Part shown: positions 54,215 through 64,000 of the stretch, piece after piece | How the letters are laid out: every line of letters starts with the position of its first letter | How positions within the stretch are numbered: the first letter of the stretch is position 1 | Assembly (NCBI GenBank): GCA_963730185.1 | Contig: CAVSQW010000007.1 | Coordinates: forward strand, 672,001 to 736,000 | DNA from: an uncultured Gemmatimonadales bacterium | Lineage (GTDB): Bacteria > Gemmatimonadota > Gemmatimonadetes > Gemmatimonadales > GWC2-71-9 | DNA length: 64,000 nt | Direction: 5' to 3' | The notes under the pieces: model-generated | What the model was told of the DNA's origin: nothing | The model's input: the letters and a program-made list of their open reading frames with translations, nothing else | The model's database searches: none | Position numbers and translations under genes: made by a program

Positions 54215-55411
54215 AGAGCTGTGTAAATGACGAGATATATTCATCTGTAAACTAGTTGTGCTTGTTTAGATGACACAACAACACCTTTAGCTTACCATTT
54301 TGGATTACCTTCATTATGAGGGATACTTTCCTCAGATTACTTTCAGATTATGAAAGAAACATGTTATATGATATGATGGAAGATGATGAAGAATCCAGTT
54401 ATCGGGCCAAAATAATCTTACTCAAGGATGAAGGATATACAGTTCCAGAAATAAGAAGAGCAACCAATCATCATGACATCAACATAAGAAAGTGGATACA
54501 TCGATTCAATGAGAAAGGTATTGAGGGAATCATGTCCAGAACATACACAAACACAAACCAGTCAAAATATCGGTCGATATAGAAACAAAAATAGTTGAAA
54601 TAGCATCCAAGAATCCAAAGAAGGTTATGGACTACCTCCTTCTCGACATGGTCTTTAAGGGTACTGGCAGGGTACGTATCAAAGGAACTAAACCTTGTGG
54701 ACTCTGTAAGTCACACCGCGATTAGAAACATACTCCTAAAACACGGAATAAAGTATCATCAACAATCAAAGATAACCTTGGGAAACAGCTCCGATCCTGA
54801 ATATGATTTAAAAAAAAGAGGATTGAAGAACTAAGATATGGCATAAATCTGCCACCTAATTCCGTCCTACTTTATGAGGATGAGAAGGGTCCTGTAGCAG
54901 CAAAAACATATGGAGGCCCCTCATGGTCATCCATTCAATCCAAAGTTAGTAAGGCCCAGAAGATCAAGGGATTGCTAAACGTGTTTGGTGTCTATGATTA
55001 TACAAACGACCAAATGTTGACCCATCCACAGCTACAAACGTAAGACAAGCAGACAGTTCCTGGATTTTATTAAACAAGTTGACAGAAAGTATGATGACAA
55101 TACTCAAGCAGATATTTCTAGTTTTAGATAACGCATCCATACACAAATCAAAGATAGTAAAAGAAACTCTAGCCAGATATTATCCAAGGATACACTTGGT
55201 ATTTCTTCCAACCAGAACGCCTGAACTTAATCTAATAGAAGTTAGATGGTTATGGTTGCACAGACAGGCGATAAACAATTCCACATTTGAAAATGAACAG
55301 GAGATTGGTAAAGCCGTATCAGATTGGACATGTGATTACAACAAAAAGCATGGAATCAGAACAAGCACAACTAGTTTACAGATGAATATATCTCGTCATT
55401 TACACAGCTGT
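54215..55411 (+). mobile_element. IS630-family element with frameshifted transposase
   Basis: Perfect 50-bp TIRs (54217-54266 and 55360-55409), TA on both flanks, HTH plus YEDEKG, LDNASIH, PELNLIE; A-run at ~54810. Confidence 0.9.
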
Positions 55412-55413
55412 TA

Positions 55414-57329
55414 ACTGTCATGGAAACACATGGATACTTTCATGTAAACTAATCATGTTCGCTTAGATACCTTGATCTTTTGTTAATTATTTTAACTCTT
55501 CATATGAGGGTATCTTCCTCCTTGACAATATTGCTCATAGCTGGCTCCATACTCTACTAAAAGAAAATGGTAAGGGACCACGGGCAGCCAAAAGATAGGT
55601 CATAATACATATCCTCCAAACACCCAAAAGTATTCAATAGTCACCGAAAGTATGGCTTCCTAACCGTGTTTTTGAGTCAAACATTGTAATACCAGCGGGT
55701 GTGTCATCTGTGTGTCATCTGTGTGTCATCTGTGTGTTATCCGTGTGTTATCTGTGTGTTATCTGTGTGTTATCTGTGTGTTATCCGTGTGTTATCCGTG
55801 TGTTATCCGTGTGTTATCCGTGTGTTATCCGTGTGTTATCTGTGTGTCATCTGTGTGTCATCTGTGTGTCATCTGTGTGTCATCTGTGTGTCATCTGTGT
55901 GTCATCTGTGTGTCATCTGTGTGTCATCTGTGTGTCATCTGTGTGTCATCTGTGTGTCATCTGTGTGTCATCTGTGTGTCATCTGTGTGTCATCTGTGTG
56001 TCATCTGTGTGTCATCTGTGTGTCATCTGTGTGTCATCTGTGTGTCATCTGTGTGTCATCTGTGTGTCATCTGTGTGTCATCTGTGTGTCATCTGTGTGT
56101 CATCTGTGTGTCATCTGTGTGTCATCTGTGTGTCATCTGTGTGTCATCTGTGTGTCCGACAGCAGACCAATGGTCAAAAGAAGATACGACAGAAAAAGTT
56201 TCTAGGTTTAGAGGCAGGATAAACTAGCAAAAGGATATGACGAGGTCATCAGGAAGATGATTCTAGGACTAGCTAACATCTACCCTAGGTCAAACAAGAT
56301 GCGGTAGTCTACCCTATCCAAATAATGTGCCATCACAGACAGTATTTCTTATAGATAATTCTGGACCTAGACACGAAAGAAAAGTAAAGAAGGTTCTTAT
56401 GGATACAATACCATATATCCTGGCAAGCAGTGATAGACAATGCCGCCTTTCACATTAAACAGGATACCGGCAAAAGTGGTTTGAAAAGATTTGTCCATCC
56501 AAGAAATCATGTTGAAAAAACAAGCACGATCAATATTCATTAGAGCAACGACGGGATTTACATAACTTAACCACGGCGCCTAAATAGGCATGACACAAGC
56601 CTGCCTTTTAAATAAGTTTATCCATATCAAGTATAGAAAGCAGTCAGTTCCACTTATTCTATGGATAAAAGCGACACCAAGAGACATCAAAGCCTAATTA
56701 ATTATCCATTTATATATGTCTATAATCAAACTGCTTATATAACATTAGGTCATCTTTCCGTTTAATATGAGACGAAACGGCGCAAACGAACATCAAACAT
56801 CTCTACTTTAACTGTCTATCTTTAGTATACAGTACTGGTATAAATTTCTAAAAAGGATATATTATTACCAGAATTTACATTTATCCATCCAAATATTACT
56901 AAAATTTATAAAAAATACTATGATAATGGCTAATTCACATCTCACAAGATCCGAACTAAAATTCAGACCTGATTACTAAGCATCCTGATCAGATTATTTA
57001 GTTGATATGTCTATTTCTGACCGAATTAATGATATACTTTTATGTTGATTTTGACTTTAAGAGGATGTTTTCTTCTAATTGGTCATTGTTGGATGTTCTA
57101 GATAGCCAAATTCATTAGTCATTAATATTATAATCGATCCATTGTCCAGATTCTTTAGCATCAAGCAAATTACCTGCCTCTTTGTTTATTTAGTCAGCAG
57201 GAAATTGTATCATGATAGATGGAAAAAGGTAATTCATCATGATGATCCAAAATAATTAACAAAAGATCAAGGCATCTAAGCGAACACGATTAGTTTACAT
57301 GAAAGTATACCAATTCTTTACACGACTGT
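55414..57329 (+). mobile_element. Degenerate or non-autonomous IS630-related element with ~80-bp TIRs
   Basis: 55434-55493 matches 57249-57308 inverted at 58/60; TA flanks; ends resemble the neighbouring IS630 ends. Confidence 0.72.
55699..56156. repeat. 41 x 11-bp tandem repeat GTGTGT(C/T)ATC(T/C)
   Basis: Read directly; variant units cluster near the left end. Confidence 0.9.
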
Positions 57330-57690
57330 TAACAAAGACACCAAAGAAGATGCTCACGTAGATTATGAGAGGGGATTGTTGAATCATTATTGCTTCCCTA
57401 CCTTCTTCCTAAGACAAACTAAGAACGCTTATTTTGGAGTAGTAAATGAGCAGATTTTAGAAATCGCAAGGAATCCGCCTGACAGAGATTTATTATGATT
57501 CACTTAGAAAAGAGTTTAATTAAAATTGATTTTAATATGAACAGGTATTATTGTCGCAAAATCTGATACAAATTGAAACTATCTCCGTTATTTTGAGTCT
57601 AATAGTTATTGCAAATTTTGCTGGATCATTCATTTCGTCATTATTTCCTAACTTATCGAACCTTACCAAAAACAGAAAAGAAGAAGGCAA

Positions 57691-57731
57691 TTCGAGCTCG
57701 CAGATCCCGGGTTCAAATCCCTACTAGAGCA
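57691..57731 (+). other. 3' half of an archaeal tRNA (Glu-TTC-like), possible att remnant
   Basis: TTCGAGCTCG...GGGTTCAAATCCC...AGAGCA gives anticodon, T-arm and acceptor 3' strand; no 5' half is present. Confidence 0.6.
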
Positions 57732-59526
57732 TTGGTGATTTTTAAAGATAATTCAAATATTAATTCATGTATTTTCAAAGATAAATTTGTAAATTTGATT
57801 ACCGATATGAAAAATCCCTATCCTACCAATTGCTGGATAGTAATATGTACAAAGGCACTAGACCATAATAGGAATCAAATACCACTATATTAAATACAGT
57901 GAGATAATCAACAACTAGAAATAAATCATGTCAATTGTCCTGGATTAATGGTCGAACAGCATCTTGATGCTTTATGTCATTTTTGTCTATGTTTTAAATT
58001 CGCAAGTTGAATTTCCAACTTTCCTATTTGAGAATTTAATTGGCTGATTTGTTCTTTAAGATCTTGTTTCAATCTAAACATTTTTAACTCATTATGGATG
58101 TCCGCTTTCTTATACTCCAATGAAAATTTATCAGGTTCAATTAATGGCATGGCGGCAGCCTTTTCAAATATTGATAATCTCTGGTTAAGTTTCTTGTGGA
58201 CTCATTCGCTTGCACATCTTTTCCTACAATTTTAGATGTCAATTCTATATCAGCCCCGTTGATCTTATTAACAAAATCATGGATTGCATCATTATAGGTT
58301 GACTCAGACATCATTGATATTATCAAAAATGACCCGTGTAAGGTTTTTCACGATATTCAAATTTTGATACAATTTCTAATTGATATTTTAATACTCTAAA
58401 ATACTATTACTGATTCTAATACAAATTCAGGATACAAATACTTTACATATATTGCAAACAAATTCAAATCTCTAGAAATGGAATTTGATTATTACTTGAT
58501 TGCGACTTCACCAAAACTACACTAGTTGTTACGGAGGGAATCCTATTTTTATTTGCCTTGAACTGACGAATTCTAAAAACTCATATGGATTAATCAAATC
58601 ATTTCTTTCTCTAATCTCGTCTGTCTAGCTAGGGAAACCTTAAATTCAATAAGCTCTGGAGTCGTAAACATAGATAACAAAACATGATTGTCCATTGGTT
58701 CCCTGTTGATCTGAATCTCTTAGCGTCTATTGTTTCTACCAGATTCCCTCCCTCTTCATGATGGATAATTGAATTCCCAGATGTGCAAAGTTGAAATTTC
58801 CGAAGGGTAGTTTTGAAGTAAGGTATTTACAGTCTTCTGCAAGTCTTATCCTTGATTCCCTTTCAGATATCATATCAAAAGTTATTAAATTCCTAGGTAT
58901 AATTTGGTTTGAAATATCTTTTCAATAATAATTCTAAATAGAATTTGTAAGTGACAAAGTGACGGCGGATCTTTACTCAATTACAGCCCAGATGGATCTT
59001 AACCGACAATTCAATAGGCAGAAAAATTGTCATGGAGTTAAAATGTTTCGACTATATTTTTTGATGCGTTTGGTTTACCGATAATGGCGACTTTTCAAGA
59101 GATGGACTCTGAAAAGAATTGAGATCATGAGGGCATCGCAATCCTACGATAAACATTCTGATCAAAAGAAATGCGTTATCATAGCATATGATGAGGATAA
59201 CATCAAGGGCAGTCATTATTAGGATCTACGCAAGTTGTTCATGTATATCAAAACATCTAGGATGACAATAATCATATGCTCAAGTTTTAACATGGGGTTT
59301 TTTACTTTTCACTAGACAGTCTAAACCGATCCACAAAACTGTTTAACCTCTAGTCTTTCTGGATATAATTTGAAAGGTCTACTAGCTTGGAGTTCATCTA
59401 TCTCCTAATTAAGATAACATTAGAAATTTATGGTGATCCAATCTACCAAGTAATAACCCCATGTCATGAAGTTTTTTAAACAAATATTTTATTACATATT
59501 TGTCCCTTGATAAGAGTATATGAACA

Positions 59527-59804
59527 CTATTGTTCATATATGTTAAGACCAGTGTTCTCACTGGAAGTCAGATCACCAGAATTACAAGAATTTATGATAG
59601 TAGCATTTGGTGGTACATAACAATATGAACCCTGCATAGAACTTTGTGAACTACTTATAGATTGATCTTCACCAGTATCACTGCCACTAACATCGAATTC
59701 CACATATGCGTACATTAAATTAGCGGGATAATTGAAAATGAAATCACCAGAAATATAGCGAGGAATAATAAGCGAATCTGGTTCTTAGAGTTAATAATAC
59801 TCAT
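59527..59804 (-). CDS. Small secreted one-repeat paralog of the 43211-44056 protein (1-bp frameshift near 59725)
   Basis: Signal-peptide ORF starts at 59804; repeat QSISSSQSSMQ...C...SCN...ENTGLNIYEQ. Confidence 0.6.
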
Positions 59805-60744
59805 TAAATATATTATTGCTAAGTGCTATATCGCGATTATGTTACATTAAACTGAATTTGTTTTACAATAATTTGTTACTGAGATAAGGTAGATAATCTC
59901 CGAAGGTTTATCTTTCTAGAAATCCAGGATCAACGCCAACACATACAAAACATATGTTGCTAAATCTTGTCGTCATGACTACTCCTGTCATAAATATGAA
60001 AAAATAATAAACCCTTATGCATTGGTAATATTTTTTTATAAACTCCTTGGCCCTAAGAAATTCAATCTTTTGGGAAAAAGAATAGAAAACTATCCTTGAT
60101 ATATTGTCTCTCGCCTTTAAAGTACTTCAACATTCAGCAATATTCAAGATTTAGTATGATTACAATGAAGTGTATTACTCCACTCAACCTCTTGTCCATA
60201 ATTTACTTTCCGCTGGACAAAAGTGAAAATGAAAATGAAATAATATTGTATTTATTCAGAAGCAGTTCCATTATCTGCCGTAGTGGAATTAGCAGATGAG
60301 TAACTACTCAAAACAGTATAAGAACTTGACTGATATACAGGAGCATCATAAATAGGTTGACCGTAGGTATCAGTTGGTATAGAATAATTATCTAATGATG
60401 TCAATAACAATAGTATAAGTATCAAGGTAGGAATCATAGTCAAAGAACAAAAAGTCCTTAATTTCATATTATGGATGCCACGATGATCCTTTAAAAATTT
60501 ATTGTGGGGATCAAACCTTCGAATCAAACTCAAAAGGGGCTCTTAAACCACCAAAGATTAAAAGGTAGAATATCGACAGGCGACACAACAATCAAAATCA
60601 TCAAAAATTATTAAAACTTCGAGGCCTGGACTGAGTCATATTTCTTCTTTTTGTGATTTCAAAATCAAAAATCAAAATCAAAAACCAGTAAATGCTTTTC
60701 AATCATTCTCGTTTTTATCATAAACTGGTTAATATATTCGGGGA

Positions 60745-61251
60745 CTAGGATTTTCCATATTCTTTGAACGAAACCAGTTCGTGCATTGTCAACCTATTCT
60801 TCTTTTGTTTTTCCATCAATTTTCTTTCTTGGATATCCAATCCCACTACGATTACAGGTTTATAATCAATTGGAATAGAGAAATCCTTTCTTAACAACGG
60901 ACCCCTTATCCCTGTAAATAGAGCAGAACCGACACCGTAGTTCCATGCAGCAACTGGAATCCGGGACTACTTTGCCAGCATCTATTAGGTGAAATCGAAA
61001 TAAGGATTAGTCAAAACAATTATTGCGAAATTAGCCCCGGAAATCCATTTTCCACTAGTGCTATCATTGGATAATTTCATCAGATTATCCTTATTCTGTA
61101 TGATTATAAATCTCCAGGGTTGAGTATTTAGAGAACTACCAGTCAGCCTAGTCATTCCAAAATTTTTAACCTAATCTCTGAGGATACACTATTTTCATCA
61201 CTATATTCTCTAACCTCGAGTTTGGTTACTTATACAATCATAAGCATCCAT
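60745..61251 (-). CDS. Nitroreductase-family protein, frameshifted
   Basis: KLEVREY, SSLNTQPWRFI, IDAG, AAWNYGVGS. Confidence 0.75.
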
Positions 61252-61784
61252 GTTATAACATTTATAACTGATTATATTAATCATTTCAGATAATTCTACG
61301 AGATTAAAATTTATGGAATATTTACATTCAATTAAAGTGAAGAGATGAATCGAAGGTTTTCAATTAACATTAATCAGAATTAATTACTTTTAGATACAAT
61401 TTGATTTGAGTTCTTATCAAATTCGATTTGTCTAGGAAGTTGAAATTAGGCTGACGTGAAAATGACTGTTTTTATCGACTTTAAATAGATTTTCTCTATT
61501 TTATCAGCAAACAATCCTGTTTGCTTAAGAGAACTCGAATACTAATTCTCGTTCTGACTTTTTACATCCGACAAAAAATGTTAGATACACTACAGAGTTT
61601 AAATATTCATTAATTTTGGCCTTTTCGTCTGAGGATTGCTCCGTCAAAATATTATCTGAGAAATGAAACAAATGAATCACAAAAGTCAAGCTGAAATAAT
61701 CTCCCTCGCTTCATTGGAGTAAGGGAAATACAAAGCCCAAAGCGTATTCACATAACATAAAATGATGAAACACATGGCTTGATT

Positions 61785-62448
61785 TTATGGGTCCTGTTTA
61801 TAATGAGGATTTGCCCATTCAATAAAAGGCTGGCATAGTTTAAGGAGCGAGTATCCTCAAGATAATTTGGAAGAATCTTGATAAAATCAAATCCATTAAT
61901 AAGATTCAAACTTAACACGAGGTCGTGTAATTTACAGTCTGCAACTTTAAGAGCATATTCTAATGGCGTTAATTTCTCAGAGTGTTCACAGTAGTTATAT
62001 AGTCTACCACCTCCAATCATTCTTTTCAAATTCATTCCCATTGCAATATCCTTTCTCCCTTGATACAACTTGTGACCTATTCCTCTATGTCTAACTCGAG
62101 GGTGTGTGGATATATCTGCTCCATAAAGAGTATCACCAGCCGGAAAATGTGTTGTAAGCATTCCATTCCCCGTAATACTCTCCCAAGTGTGGTCTGCATA
62201 AATAGGATTTAACTGAACAATTAGACTTGTAGCTCATCCTACAATCTTTTTATCAGTCGGAGTGCAAGAAGCTCACCCCCTGGGAATATTTCCATGTGGC
62301 TCTTTAATTCGTCTGGATGCCAAATATTACCAATCTTTGCTAAATCAGCAAAAGATTCTTCCTGCAACTTTACAATTTCTGGAATATCAGTGACAGTAGT
62401 GGGCCTAATAAGCACTGAATCCGAATCTAGGACATAAAATGAACTCAT
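61785..62448 (-). CDS. GNAT-family acetyltransferase, frameshifted
   Basis: IRPTT..DIPEI, GDTLYGADISTHP..R.RGIG.KLY. Confidence 0.8.
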
Positions 62449-62997
62449 TAATTCACTAAGGATTACCCTAATGATTTAAATTTTTTTTCTATTTTTAAAT
62501 GGGATATAGGATTATCGTATAACCACCTGCAAATTCTGGATTGATCGACAAGTAACAAACTACTAGATTGTCATACTCAGAGATTAGATAAATTAGAAAT
62601 ATTGAGAAAAAGTGCATCGGTATCAAATTTTGGCGTTACTACAAAAGTAAATTCAAATTCAAATTCTTATGACAAGTGAAGAATCAATGAAATCAGAACC
62701 TTCCTACCGTATTGGGATGACTACTATGATAATTAACTACCGTGTTAATCATAGCAGTTGCTTAGCAAACAGGTGAAAAACACCATGCCATAACTCACTC
62801 ATCCATCTTCTAATTTGATAACAACAAAAATGTTGGAACGAATTCAGGAGTGACATGAAACTTCAATCCTATGAGTAAAAGCATCTCTAAGATGATCTAT
62901 TAGTAGTAAGTTAAGTGTCTAATTCTTCATCAATATACTGCATTCATTCACTGCAATTATAGAAATGAATTTAGCTTTGTATTGCGTCTACTAACAA

Positions 62998-63443
62998 GTG
63001 CCATATCATTCACTCAGACTGGAATTATCCAAGGTACAGAAAAAGGAACTGGTTTTGTTCATGAAGCGTACACATGATAAGGAAGAGTACAGAAGGGCAT
63101 ACGCTATAAAACAAAAGATGGAAGGAGTACCATACAGGACCATAGCAAAGGACATTGGTGTCAATTACCGTAATGTGTAGATGACTGGATAAACAACTAC
63201 AGAAAATTTGGTCTGGATGGCATAAGAAACAAAAGAAAAAATGGTGGTAGAAGACCGGTGATATCTTCTGCTAAAAACAAAGAGATGATAAAAGACATTG
63301 TACTTAACAAATCACCCAAAACATTTGGCTATCTAAAAAATACATGGAGTATAAGACTCTTAGCTACCCATCTTACCTCACTTTTAGGAATCAATGTTAG
63401 CCCCAAACAAACATGGAGGATTATCCATGAACTTGGTATAGTA
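62998..63443 (+). mobile_element. IS630-family transposase N-terminal fragment, interrupted
   Basis: HTH, GGRRP, SPKTFGY...WS...L; coding similarity stops after HELGIV. Confidence 0.72.
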
Positions 63444-64000
63444 GATCTCTTGCGTAATTAGCACAGGTTAGCATGATCTTTTAGCCATTATCTATTTCTA
63501 TAACTAACAGGTATTCATTATTCTGTAGTTTACCAGTCCAGATACTATATCTGATATCCTGTCGTACTTTCTCAACCTGTTTCTAAAGACATCGTTCATT
63601 ATCCTGACGATATGAAAATCTTGTAGTATCCTACAATATTGTATGTTGGCTATAGGTTCGAAAGGTACATGCTCCGTACGAGAGCGAGATCCTGACTGAA
63701 CCAGTATCCTAAGCGGCTATCAAACTACCCCATATAGAGGGTGAATGGATGTTTGCCGCCTGTATAGCCAACAAATAAAAAAAAGGAAATGAGAAAAAAG
63801 ATGAATCATCTTGGAATAGATGTAGGAAAAAGAAAATGTAGAGCAGTGCTTAAAGACGATAAAGGAAAGATATTAGACGAATTCTTTTTTGGTAATGATG
63901 CAATCGGGATAGGTAATCTACTTTCAAAGATATCATCAAATGAAATCTGTGCTACTCAAGCAGTATTAGAGTCTACAGGCAACATGTGGATGAGAATCCA
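63444..64000 (+). mobile_element. IS110-family element (left end plus transposase start; runs off the window)
   Basis: ORF from 63789/63801 reads MNHLGIDVGK...AVLESTGNMW (DEDD RuvC); ~345-bp non-coding left end. Confidence 0.82.
63644..63773 (+). ncRNA. Candidate IS110 bridge RNA
   Basis: An 11-bp closing stem encloses two stem/internal-loop/hairpin arms, upstream of the IS110 transposase. Confidence 0.55.

Noticed and set aside
54268..54277. AGATGACACA matches the reverse complement of the array unit
   Set aside because: A 10-nt match to any rotation of the unit is plausible by chance in ~21 kb.
55699..56156. CRISPR array
   Set aside because: There are no spacers, the unit is too short, and no cas genes are present.
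55699..56227. Cys-rich metallothionein-like ORFs in three frames
   Set aside because: They are by-products of a stop-free 11-bp repeat.
57650..57731. Complete or split functional tRNA gene
   Set aside because: No 5' acceptor strand or D-arm and no splicing motif are visible.
58141..59300. Short ORFs in AT-rich DNA
   Set aside because: They have no recognisable motifs and cannot be supported.

Overview
The window joins two unrelated genomes. Bases 1-~42690 are GC-rich bacterial DNA that looks like Gemmatimonadota (inferred from gene content). It holds a SusC/SusD-plug-dihaem cluster, an operon of three paralogous Cys4 secreted proteins, a beta-propeller two-component system and a peptidase-PD40-Omp85 protein. 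It also holds a Rieske/cytochrome b-c/caa3-type oxidase operon whose subunit I lacks the canonical proton-channel residues, and a stress-gene island. Bases ~42739-64000 are AT-rich archaeal DNA that looks like Nitrososphaeraceae/Nitrosocosmicus (inferred). It holds a secreted Q/N-repeat amyloid-like protein and a one-repeat paralog, a PQQ dehydrogenase-cupredoxin fusion, a histidine kinase, IS630 elements, an 11-bp tandem array, a tRNA-Glu 3' fragment, and an IS110 with a structured non-coding left end (candidate bridge RNA). The junction carries back-to-back Oxford Nanopore adapter remnants (AGCAATACGTA...TACGTATTGCT), so the join is a sequencing chimera and not gene transfer. Most frameshifts from ~39 kb onward are probably read errors. 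The best novelty candidates are the archaeal curli-like repeat family, the Cys4 secreted paralog operon, the IS110 bridge-RNA-like fold and the atypical oxidase.
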